Shown: in pieces, positions 11,275 through 20,244 of the stretch
How the letters are laid out: every line of letters begins with the position of its first letter
Numbering within the stretch: position 1 is the first letter of the stretch
From: Candidatus Micrarchaeia archaeon
GTDB lineage: Archaea; Micrarchaeota; Micrarchaeia; CABMEP01
Assembly: GCA_038886535.1 (NCBI GenBank)
Contig: JAVZXS010000001.1
Span: forward strand, 192,001-256,000
Reading direction: 5' to 3'
DNA: 64,000 bases
Translations under genes and position numbers: made by a program
The notes under the pieces: generated by a model
Database searches by the model: none
What the model saw: only the letters and a program-made list of their open reading frames with translations
What the model was told of the DNA's origin: nothing

Positions 11275-11796
11275 ATGTCAAAATATTCATTAGTGTTGTT
11301 TACAATTTTATTAGTATCGTTTGTATTTTCTTTATCTGATCTTGGAGGTCCTTGTAAATATACTGGAGAGTGTAGACAAGGATTTTGTCTGAATAATACT
11401 TGTAGATTTCCTCAAGTTCTTGAAAAATATACAATAGGTGAAAATTGCAGTTACACTGCACAGTGTAAAGATGGCTTTTGTAAAGATGGAGAGTGCATAA
11501 TTCCATTGAGAGAGGAGACGCAGCTTCTTTCATTTGGAATTAAATCTGGCTGTGCAGGAATAATCGAGAACTGCACAGGTTATTTCTGTTTACTTTGTGA
11601 CTTTTCATGGATACTTCTGATTGTCTCTGCAAGTATTGCCTCATTCGTTGGAAGAAAGAGAGGAAGGTTACTGCCGGTCTTACTATTCGGTTTGCCTATG
11701 TTATTAGGTTTGATAGTTTTTCCAGTTCTTGGTTTTATGCTTGCACTTATAGAAATTTTAATTCTAGGAATAACAAAGAAAAAAGTATCTGGATAA
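11275..11796 (+). CDS. Short Cys-rich membrane protein, paralog of 9905..11257
   Basis: Signal peptide, two 4-Cys repeats, CAGIIENC..C..C then TM helices like the upstream gene; GTGAT SD-like motif. Confidence 0.75.
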   Translation: MSKYSLVLFTILLVSFVFSLSDLGGPCKYTGECRQGFCLNNTCRFPQVLEKYTIGENCSYTAQCKDGFCKDGECIIPLREETQLLSFGIKSGCAGIIENCTGYFCLLCDFSWILLIVSASIASFVGRKRGRLLPVLLFGLPMLLGLIVFPVLGFMLALIEILILGITKKKVSG

Positions 11797-11878
11797 AATA
11801 GAGGAATCAATTATCATCTGTCGTTTTTAAACGAGAATGAATATAAAAATTTGCTTATAATATTTATTGAGGCAGTAT

Positions 11879-12844
11879 ATGATAGGCGACAATATAAAAA
11901 GAGTGGAAGAGATAAGATATCTTATAAGCAAAAAGACATTTGAATTAATGAAATACAAACTTTTAGGTAGATCAAATTTAGAAGATTTAGAGTCAGAGTT
12001 AAACTTATTAAAACAAGAAATGGCAAATCATCTATCTTCCATTCAAGATGCAGGTTATGTATATATCTTAATTAATAAGAGAGAGATAGAAAAATTAAAA
12101 GAAGATTTCACAAAACTTTCTCAGGAGGAAAAGATAAATGCATTTAAAGAAATAGGAAAAGGTTATGAAATACTTTTTAAATCCAATTTACTTCTTAAGA
12201 AAAACTACGAAAATAGAGAAACTATAGCTACACTCATACTCTCTCTTCCGGCAGATGACAAGATAGTTCAGATCGTAAAGAATTATTTAGAAGGTTACTC
12301 TGATGGTGGAGAATTTAAGTTAGAAAGTCAACTTGCTTCCTCTAGGATTTCTTCACTTATTTCTTCTTTAGGTTTTATCTCTTCTTTCGAAGGTGAAAAT
12401 GTTATTTTAGGAAATTCATTTAACAAAAACAAATTAAAAGAAGAAATAGTTAAAGATGTTTTTCCAATAGATAATGATATAACGGAAACTGGTTCTGATT
12501 TAAGACGTCAAGAATTTCTTGATTCGCATATTAGAGCAGAAATAAATGATATAGAAGAAACAAAGCCAATACCAGCACAAATTTTAGATAAAAATGAAAA
12601 TAAAGAAAATTATAAGGAGAGTACAGGTCAAAGCCAATTATCTTCAGAAGATCTTCAACCAAATCTGACATATAATGAAGTATGTCAAAAGATAGAAGAA
12701 ATTATGAATAATTACAAGATGAAAAGATGGGTTCTAGGCGCATTTAAGGACGATGAAGAAAAAAAACAATACGAAAAAATACAATCACTTTTAATCAAGC
12801 TTATTCGTCTGAAACAGTCAATGGAAGAAAAAGGGGAGAAATAG
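11879..12844 (+). CDS. Hypothetical helical protein
   Basis: Long ORF with genome-typical composition and GAGG upstream of ATG 11879; no recognised motif. Confidence 0.65.
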   Translation: MIGDNIKRVEEIRYLISKKTFELMKYKLLGRSNLEDLESELNLLKQEMANHLSSIQDAGYVYILINKREIEKLKEDFTKLSQEEKINAFKEIGKGYEILFKSNLLLKKNYENRETIATLILSLPADDKIVQIVKNYLEGYSDGGEFKLESQLASSRISSLISSLGFISSFEGENVILGNSFNKNKLKEEIVKDVFPIDNDITETGSDLRRQEFLDSHIRAEINDIEETKPIPAQILDKNENKENYKESTGQSQLSSEDLQPNLTYNEVCQKIEEIMNNYKMKRWVLGAFKDDEEKKQYEKIQSLLIKLIRLKQSMEEKGEK

Positions 12845-12875
12845 GTAAAAAGAAACAAAAGACAAAAATAAAAGT

Positions 12876-14045
12876 TTAGAATTTTAATTGTGTACCTAGA
12901 ACTAATTTTGAATCCTGTCTGTTTTCTTCGTTGTAAAGTCTGATTATTTTCTGGAGCGTATGTGTATATCCGATCTTAATCGCAAAGTTTCTTATAATCT
13001 CTCTTTTATAATAGAAATTAATTGTGTCTATAACTTCTTTTTCTAGGAAGTTATTAAATGATCCGTCTGTATCATTATATTTTCTAGTTGTTTTGGTGTA
13101 CTCTCCTACAACTAAGTTCTTTCCTAATGTTATAGGTAATCTTACTCCAATTTCAGTTTTACTTGTCTTTATATCATTGTTTCTTTTGTGTGTTTCAAAT
13201 ACAAAATAATAAGCACCAGGTTGGCAGCTTCCAAGATAGCATATATCCCCTTGAATTGCATATTCATCAATATCGTCTAAGGAATGATTTATAGTTCCTT
13301 TAGCCTTGATAAACCAAATTATGGGAGTTATATTTTGATTTATTATATATTGTAAATAAAATTTGTTTCCCATATAAGATGCATTCATATCTTCATTTAA
13401 CATCTCGTTATTATTTTTATCTCCATATATAGTTATTGGGTTTCCATTTACATCATAACCTATGAGTAAACCTACATCCTTACGTAAAGAGTTGTATTTC
13501 ATAACCCACTTTTTCTGTATTTCTTCATTGTAGTAACCAATTCCAAATTTTATTTTTTCATTAACCCCATCTGGCGCTATACTTGTGCCAATACCAAAAA
13601 ATCCACCAGTTAATTTTGTTTCGTCATTATTTTTATAATCGGTGTAATCTCCATATATAGATTTACCTGTATATTTTGAATCTATGGATTCTTTTCCTCT
13701 GTTTATTTCGATCTGTAAAAATGTTCTTCCAACTACTTCATTCTTCCAATAAATAGAAACATTAGAATATGTATTTGAGACATTGTCTTTGCTATTAAAA
13801 TAGTTATCTTTTTGGATTTCAGAAATATTTTTATCATCTATATGATATTCGTATTCTATTACAGTTCCATTTTCATAATGCTCCTTTATGAATGGAGTTT
13901 TAATTGGATCTTCGGCCTTAATGTTCCTTCCAAAAACCATCAAACTAAGACCAAGAATCCCTATTTTTGCAGCTTTCCATATTCTATTTTCTTTTCCCAT
14001 ATTTTTAGGTCTAACATTCTCACAATTTTTTTCAATATTTTCCAT
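12876..14045 (-). CDS. Secreted protein with outer-membrane beta-barrel-like features
   Basis: GGAGG SD before ATG 14045; signal-like KIGILGLSLMVFGRNIKA; alternating amphipathic strands; ends LVLGTQLKF. Confidence 0.6.
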   Translation of the reverse strand: MENIEKNCENVRPKNMGKENRIWKAAKIGILGLSLMVFGRNIKAEDPIKTPFIKEHYENGTVIEYEYHIDDKNISEIQKDNYFNSKDNVSNTYSNVSIYWKNEVVGRTFLQIEINRGKESIDSKYTGKSIYGDYTDYKNNDETKLTGGFFGIGTSIAPDGVNEKIKFGIGYYNEEIQKKWVMKYNSLRKDVGLLIGYDVNGNPITIYGDKNNNEMLNEDMNASYMGNKFYLQYIINQNITPIIWFIKAKGTINHSLDDIDEYAIQGDICYLGSCQPGAYYFVFETHKRNNDIKTSKTEIGVRLPITLGKNLVVGEYTKTTRKYNDTDGSFNNFLEKEVIDTINFYYKREIIRNFAIKIGYTHTLQKIIRLYNEENRQDSKLVLGTQLKF

Positions 14046-14241
14046 ATTCCTCCCACCAATAATCAATTTACATTACTTTTTGGACACAAATGAGATATAT
14101 AAACTTTTCGTTTTAGTGGTTTATCAGCCATAAAAATCAGTTGTTTTAGGATCTTAATCCTGATCTAGCCTCTAATTAGCTTTATCTTGTAATAAAAATA
14201 GTAGCAGTCTAAGAGATTCAAATTAAATGAAAAAGAGTATT

Positions 14242-14718
14242 TCATTTCTTTGTTTTCTGGATAAGCTGTTTTTCAACATACTCAAGCTTGTTTGCAAGTT
14301 TTTCTATTTCTTTTCGTATCAATGAGATCTCACTAGAAATTTTAGTTTTAAATTCTGTAGTTTTTCCTGCTTCTTTTATTGATTCAAGACGTTCATTAAG
14401 TCTTTCTAATGTCTTTTTAGAAGCAGAAAGATCGTATAAAATCATGTTTTGGAATGCCTGTGTAGTTATCGGAATTATTACGGGTTTGAAGCCACTTATG
14501 CTTTCTATTTTTGCTTCTTCTATCTTCTCTGCCTGCGCGGTCTCTTTTGCAATCTTCTTTACCATTTTCTTAAGCGTACTAAGATTTAGCATTCTAATAT
14601 CTGTTTTTTTGAGTATTTCATCTTTAAGTTCTTCCATCTTTGCTTTACTTATTTTCTTTGTTTTTACTCCCTTAAGAAAAGCGACAATTATTTCACGAGT
14701 TTTTTGATCTATCTCCAT
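14242..14718 (-). CDS. Hypothetical coiled-coil protein
   Basis: K/E-rich heptad pattern; GAGGGT upstream of the start. Confidence 0.6.
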   Translation of the reverse strand: MEIDQKTREIIVAFLKGVKTKKISKAKMEELKDEILKKTDIRMLNLSTLKKMVKKIAKETAQAEKIEEAKIESISGFKPVIIPITTQAFQNMILYDLSASKKTLERLNERLESIKEAGKTTEFKTKISSEISLIRKEIEKLANKLEYVEKQLIQKTKK

Positions 14719-14818
14719 ATCGCTCTACCCTCTCAATCAATATATCTCCTGTCATTTATATTATATTTTAATATTGTCTGAAAAGATTTTTAAATTGTAT
14801 AAAGTGTAAACGATTTAA

Positions 14819-15988
14819 CTAACAGAAAAAAGAGTTTAGAGAGACCTGAATCCCTCTTTGCGATATTTCCTTTAAAAGTTTACTTTCTTTTATCCAATCT
14901 TTTATTTTAATAGTTAATCTACTATTAACATATCTTAATGTTTCTTTTAAAGTTTGGAATTTTACAGGCTCTTTCTTTAGTGCTTCTCTCACACATTCTC
15001 TTGTTAACCATACTCCAAGTGGTATGTAATCCTTGTATGCCTCTCTAAGGATTATTACAGCTGCCTGCTTTTTCTTTTTTTCAAGTAATTCACTTACTGC
15101 AAGTCTACAGCTGTAGTAACATCCTCCTATTAATGCGTATTCTTTTTTCTTATGATAAAGTTCATAATCGCTGAATATATCCACTTTAGTGCCATCTTCT
15201 GAATAAAACGCCTCCATAGATTCATAACTCCATTGCTGGGGAATAAATATTATAACAAATTTATTTCTCATATGTTCATATTCGTAAACAAGGTACTCCT
15301 CTAGTTGCGGATATTCTCTTATATTTTCCAGCATTCTTTCGCTTATTGTACTATCAACCGCTGTAATCGACCACCTAGTTGGAACGAGTTTTCTATTTTT
15401 CTTTAATCCAAATGCACCTACACTTAAGGCTCTTTGAATTGCACTAACGTTTACACCTTTTTTATACAATTCAAATACTGCATCAGATGCCTTTAGGTCT
15501 GTATCGTAATACATTTTCTCTATTTTTTCATCGTATTTACTGTTGCCAATGTACCAATTTTTTATTGGTGCGGAAGGACCAAAAGGCTGCAATTCTTCAT
15601 GGAAAAATCCTCCAGTAGGCTTCTTTGCAAATTCAAGTTCTACTTCAGTTGAAAATTTTGAAAGCGCAATATCTCTAATATTGTCAATGAATCTATTTTC
15701 TTCTTTTATTCCGACTAACTTTTTACCTCTTACAAGCTGAAGCCTTAGATTTACAATCTCTTCAGGATTTGACATTTTATTTAACCAACATTCCGGTAGA
15801 TCCATTATTTTTGTATCACCATGCAATGGTGGTGTCATAGGTCCGACATAAACTTTTGGATAACCATAACTGCCTATAAATACAGAAGGAGGAGTTGCTC
15901 CATCCATTTTTTCACTTACGTCTACTGATTTGAAGAATCTTGTCTTTTCGTATATTCTTGCAAGAAGTGCAGCCTTTCCCTTTATCAT
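14819..15988 (-). CDS. nreA: Nre family DNA repair protein
   Basis: TPPSVFIGSYGYPKV, RKLVPTRWSITAVD, GGCYYSCRLAV, YIPLGVW; C-terminal PIP box QVSLNSFF. Confidence 0.88.
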   Translation of the reverse strand: MIKGKAALLARIYEKTRFFKSVDVSEKMDGATPPSVFIGSYGYPKVYVGPMTPPLHGDTKIMDLPECWLNKMSNPEEIVNLRLQLVRGKKLVGIKEENRFIDNIRDIALSKFSTEVELEFAKKPTGGFFHEELQPFGPSAPIKNWYIGNSKYDEKIEKMYYDTDLKASDAVFELYKKGVNVSAIQRALSVGAFGLKKNRKLVPTRWSITAVDSTISERMLENIREYPQLEEYLVYEYEHMRNKFVIIFIPQQWSYESMEAFYSEDGTKVDIFSDYELYHKKKEYALIGGCYYSCRLAVSELLEKKKKQAAVIILREAYKDYIPLGVWLTRECVREALKKEPVKFQTLKETLRYVNSRLTIKIKDWIKESKLLKEISQRGIQVSLNSFFC

Positions 15989-15992
15989 AGAT

Positions 15993-16694
15993 TCACTCTT
16001 TATTAGAATGTATAAGCAGATATACTCTTTTTGCTTTTGCCTTTCCTATTACTCTCTCAATCTCCTTTATATCAGAAGTGAAGAATCTTTCTAAAGTTCC
16101 AAATTCCTGAAGTATCTTTTCTGCTGTCGATGGCCCTATTGATGGAAAGGATTGAAGAACCCTTAACTGTTCATCCCTAAATGAAAATGTTTTAGTCTTT
16201 ACCAAGAGTCTTAACGGTCGTGATTCTTGCATCTGTTCTTTTTTTGCTATTAAGGATATGTATTTTGCAGTTTCTTCAATATTTTTTGTGTTTATTACAT
16301 GAATTCCGTAATTCATTATAATCGAGAGATATGCACCTATAAATGCGTTTTGTCTTATTCTTTCTGCCTTCATATGTCCTTCTATTATAAGAATAGGGAT
16401 CTCATAGTTCTCACTCATTTTTGTTGCCTGTTCAAAAAGACGATTATCTATTATACTTGACTCGAAATCACTTGAAGTTTTTCTTTCTATTACTATTCGA
16501 TTCGATATGATAATATCTCCGATTTCTAATTGTTTTAAGTTAACTTTTATGTCATGTTTTTCTACTAATTCTATAAGTTCTTCAGATTCTCGAGAATCAA
16601 TAAAAATTTCAACATTCTTTTCTTTATAAAATTCAGATATTTGGGACTGTTCTACTCTTTCGTATTTACTTTGTTCATTCTGTTCTTTTTCCAT
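15993..16694 (-). CDS. xpf: Short XPF/ERCC4 structure-specific endonuclease (nuclease plus HhH)
   Basis: IFIDSRE, GDIII...IERKTSSDF (ERKX3D), HhH motif PSIGPSTAEKIL. Confidence 0.85.
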   Translation of the reverse strand: MEKEQNEQSKYERVEQSQISEFYKEKNVEIFIDSRESEELIELVEKHDIKVNLKQLEIGDIIISNRIVIERKTSSDFESSIIDNRLFEQATKMSENYEIPILIIEGHMKAERIRQNAFIGAYLSIIMNYGIHVINTKNIEETAKYISLIAKKEQMQESRPLRLLVKTKTFSFRDEQLRVLQSFPSIGPSTAEKILQEFGTLERFFTSDIKEIERVIGKAKAKRVYLLIHSNKE

Positions 16695-16756
16695 AGGTAA
16701 AATTTAGATTTGATATTATTAATCTTTTCTATACTAAACTTCTAGTGATCTGAGGA

Positions 16757-17482
16757 TTAAACTATTCTTGACAATTCCTCTATTTCTTCGAAGCTTATCG
16801 AACAGCCATTGAATTTTAGAGCATATAAAGCAGCTTTGTAAGCTTCTCTCTCAAGATCTCCAAATTTCTTGAAATACCCTTTAGATTTTGCAAGTGCAAG
16901 AATCTCACTGCTTCTTATTACATTTATTCCAGCTGTCATCTCTCTAAATCTTCTAAAAAGGAGGTCATTAATATTCATTTTAATTCTAAATTCATTTTCT
17001 ATGTGCTTTTTTAATTCAAATGGTGATTCTATGAGCATTCTTGTAGTTCTTTCATCCATCAACACAAATCCAACTTTATTATCTATTGCTGTAGCTAGCA
17101 TCTCTGCTTCCCCATGATTAACAAGATGAAAGGGTCTATCTGTGTAGAACATGTTATTTGTGACTCTGAGTATCTCATCATAAGTACTTTTTTCATACTT
17201 TCCAATTCTAAATGCTCCAGATTTGAGTGCTCTTTTTATTCTTATTGCTGAAAATGCATATTCTGGTTTTTTAATTGGAGTGTTTATACTTTCATCAATC
17301 ACCCCTTCAGTAATGATGAGATCTCCTTTTATCTCTTTTCTTAACATCATGAGTGCACCTAAAAGACCAGCATCCGTAAGAGAAATAAGCGAAGATGAAT
17401 CACAAACTACTGAATTTGGATTTATTCGCCTTTCTCTATCTTCTTTAAAATATTCTGTTCTATCAATATCTTCTCGTACCAT
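16757..17482 (-). CDS. PIN-domain protein (DUF3368/COG2405-like)
   Basis: Acidic PIN motifs VVCDSSSLISL, HGEAEMLATA, LMDERTTR. Confidence 0.7.
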   Translation of the reverse strand: MVREDIDRTEYFKEDRERRINPNSVVCDSSSLISLTDAGLLGALMMLRKEIKGDLIITEGVIDESINTPIKKPEYAFSAIRIKRALKSGAFRIGKYEKSTYDEILRVTNNMFYTDRPFHLVNHGEAEMLATAIDNKVGFVLMDERTTRMLIESPFELKKHIENEFRIKMNINDLLFRRFREMTAGINVIRSSEILALAKSKGYFKKFGDLEREAYKAALYALKFNGCSISFEEIEELSRIV

Positions 17483-18060
17483 TAAGATACCTCTTTCTTA
17501 TTTCTTTCTTTAAGAATTTTCTTTGCAATATTAAATCTTTCTTTAGCGCTTATTGTTCTTCCTACTCTATCAGACATCACTGTCTTACCTGAATAATTAA
17601 GTACTTCTTGTTTTTGTGCACCTGTTATTGAAATAGTTCTACTTAGTGACAGACCTTGTGCATATAGACTTGCAGCTATTTTTGTTCTTCCTTTTTCTAT
17701 TATACCGATTATATATCTTTTATCTTTTTCATCAAAATCTGTAATTGTTTCAAGTGTTTTCCATACAGAACTTATCAGTGCAATTTCATCCTTAGATTTT
17801 GCAAATTGAACCGCCTGTGTAAGATTAATGTCTATCTTTTGATATAGGGAAGCATTTCTAAATCTAGCCTTTACGAGAATCTTAGAAAGAGTATAGGAAA
17901 GTAAAGCTAGTGTAAAGAATAATTTTTCATCAAGAAGAATATTTTTTTCACATTTATTGTTAATTTCCCTTAATTTTTTTATATCATAATCCTTAAATGC
18001 GAGCTTGATCTGATTTATACATTCTATCATTTCTAGTTCCTTATTTATTTCTTTTATCAT
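17482..18060 (-). CDS. Hypothetical protein with a C-terminal UPF0175-like HTH
   Basis: AASLYAQGLSLSRTISITG resembles UPF0175; its stop overlaps the start of the PIN gene. Confidence 0.55.
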   Translation of the reverse strand: MIKEINKELEMIECINQIKLAFKDYDIKKLREINNKCEKNILLDEKLFFTLALLSYTLSKILVKARFRNASLYQKIDINLTQAVQFAKSKDEIALISSVWKTLETITDFDEKDKRYIIGIIEKGRTKIAASLYAQGLSLSRTISITGAQKQEVLNYSGKTVMSDRVGRTISAKERFNIAKKILKERNKKEVS

Positions 18061-18178
18061 GAATTGTTTTTGATGGTTATAATTTTAAATCTTCTTTTTA
18101 TGCATAAATTTGTAATCAAAATAGTTCCTATTTTTGGAAGCGAAAAATGTCGCTTCGACGTAAAAGAAAAAGCAAAGC

Positions 18179-18253
18179 TTTATAAATCTTAACTGTCATG
18201 ATAGTATCATGACACATAAATTAGAATCATGATTGGTATGGTTCCAATCGTGA
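18179..18253 (+). promoter_or_regulatory. TATA box followed by palindromic TCATGA operator-like sites
   Basis: TTTATAAA at 18179-18186; perfect inverted repeat TGTCATGATA-G-TATCATGACA at 18194-18214; further TCATGA at 18227 and TCGTGA at 18248. Confidence 0.6.
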
Positions 18254-18376
18254 TCTGTTTTGTGTGTCTTAATAGTATATGTTCATATGGGCTTAAAAAG
18301 CTTGCGGTATGGGCGACAAGGCGGAAATGCAAAACGCATGAATGCCGGCAGATCGCCAATATAGACAAGTGGGAAT

Positions 18377-18892
18377 ATGAAACCACAAGAAAACAAAAAT
18401 GAAGAGTTCGAAAATACGCTTGAATACAAGGTTGCGAATTTCAAGAAAGAGGCAAACGAAGAAATCGCAGCTCTTGAAAGAGAGATCGCTAAGCTAAGAG
18501 ATCCCACCGTCCATTCCGCTCTTATGTATCTTTCAGTTAAAGAAAAGGAGAACACTAATCGATTATTAAAAAATATATACGCGAGGCTTGACCAGCTCGA
18601 GGAAAAATTGAAGCAGATGGAACAGAAATTAAGCAGCGTTGGCACTGTACCCTCAAATTCAGCGCCAGCGCTCTTGCTCTCATCAGTTGATCAAAAGATA
18701 ATCGATTACATAAAAGAAAACGGTCCCTCCTCTGCAGAGACCATACAAAAGGTTTTTGCATACAAGGGAAGAAATGCCGCATCTGCAAGATTGAATAAAC
18801 TTGCAACATTCGGCTATCTTGTAAAGCAGAGGGCAGGAAAAGTAATTTATTATGCTTACCCAGATAATCAAAGCGAGGCGAATTTGAGGTAG
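18377..18892 (+). CDS. Coiled-coil plus C-terminal winged helix-turn-helix protein
   Basis: Heptad region followed by LSSVDQKIIDYIKENGPSSAETI...NAASARLNKLATFGYLVKQRAGKVIYY (wHTH pattern). Confidence 0.7.
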   Translation: MKPQENKNEEFENTLEYKVANFKKEANEEIAALEREIAKLRDPTVHSALMYLSVKEKENTNRLLKNIYARLDQLEEKLKQMEQKLSSVGTVPSNSAPALLLSSVDQKIIDYIKENGPSSAETIQKVFAYKGRNAASARLNKLATFGYLVKQRAGKVIYYAYPDNQSEANLR

Positions 18893-19025
18893 TGTGCGAG
18901 GCGACAAAGAGGCGGGGGTTATGACCAACCCCCAATCATACTTATGGGCGGGTGAGAACTCCCACACATTCCCGCCCTACTCTAATTTTATTTTATTACT
19001 TATTGCGATCATTGATAAAGGATTT

Positions 19026-19898
19026 TTAGTTATCTTTTTCGTTTGTTTTTCCATCTTTTTTTGATTCATCACTTTGAAATTCACCTTCGTTTTGTTTATT
19101 TTTATTTTTTTCCATTTCTATTTTTTTTGTCTTAATCAATCGTTCTTTACCGGTCTTTAAAACATGAAATAGATGTGTTATCCAATATAGATCCATGCAT
19201 TTGTTAACGAAACTTATTACTGTATTTGGTTCTTCCTTCATTAAAATATCAAATATAATAAATTCATTTTGTATTTCCTTTTTGTATTCTTTTGTCTTTT
19301 CAATTAATTCATTTATCCATTTTCTGGATTCGATACAAGTACATATCGTATTTTTACACATATACAAATGATTAATAAATTCATGTCCTTCCTTTGTATC
19401 AAGTATATTAAATAATGGATCTATTATTTCTATTTCCGATGCATATTTATTTTTGAGGCCGATGGCATTAAGCCATCCAATTTCTTCAGGAGTAATAGTG
19501 AAAAATTTACTTCCCATTATAGAATACATTGTTCTTGTAAGTTCCCAGTAGGGTTTCTCAATCTTCTTATTTTTTTTACCAAAGAATAAATTGAATATCA
19601 TCTTTGGGTTAGAACCAGAACGTCTAACTGCAGTTAATACATCTTCTGCCGCATTCATTTTTCTTTCCCATATAACAGAATTTGATTTAGCCTTTGATAA
19701 CACTTCAATAAGTTTTTCCTTTTCCAATTCTTTATAATTCACTTTAGAAAAAGTATCTCCTATACTTAGTATTATTTCTTCCACGGGAACTTGTTTTTTT
19801 AACTTCAGATAGATCTCCTTTTCTTTCGCACTTAATTTGAAAAAAACATTTTTATCAAGTTGTCTACTATATTTTTCATTGTCAAAATTAAATTTCAT
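19026..19898 (-). CDS. Hypothetical protein
   Basis: 290-codon ORF with no recognised motif. Confidence 0.55.
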   Translation of the reverse strand: MKFNFDNEKYSRQLDKNVFFKLSAKEKEIYLKLKKQVPVEEIILSIGDTFSKVNYKELEKEKLIEVLSKAKSNSVIWERKMNAAEDVLTAVRRSGSNPKMIFNLFFGKKNKKIEKPYWELTRTMYSIMGSKFFTITPEEIGWLNAIGLKNKYASEIEIIDPLFNILDTKEGHEFINHLYMCKNTICTCIESRKWINELIEKTKEYKKEIQNEFIIFDILMKEEPNTVISFVNKCMDLYWITHLFHVLKTGKERLIKTKKIEMEKNKNKQNEGEFQSDESKKDGKTNEKDN

Positions 19899-20017
19899 AG
19901 TCTCAAATTTTAAACGCAGTATATATTTTTAAATATTCTTATTTTGATACCAAAAACACAACTAATAGTATCAAATTTAGCTTAATAAGACAATCGATTC
20001 CACATAAAAGTAGATAA

Positions 20018-20092
20018 TGGGCCGGGGGAGATTTGAACTCCCGACCTCGTGATTATCAGTCACGCGCTCCAACCTGGCTAAGCTACCGGCCC
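20018..20092 (-). tRNA. tRNA-Ile(GAT)
   Basis: Reverse complement GGGCCGG..CGTGA-CT-GAT-AA-TCACG..TTCAAAT..CCGGCCCA folds as a cloverleaf; no intron, CCA not encoded. Confidence 0.96.
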
Positions 20093-20244
20093 TTTAAAGT
20101 GATCTATTAAAATAATTTTATTACATATTGTAGTGAAACTTAAAATATCTTTCTTTTTGAATCTCTATTTCTACCCATTGAACCTTTATAAATTTATTTA
20201 ATAATTATTTATCTGGCACCAATTGAATTATCAAGAGGCAGACG

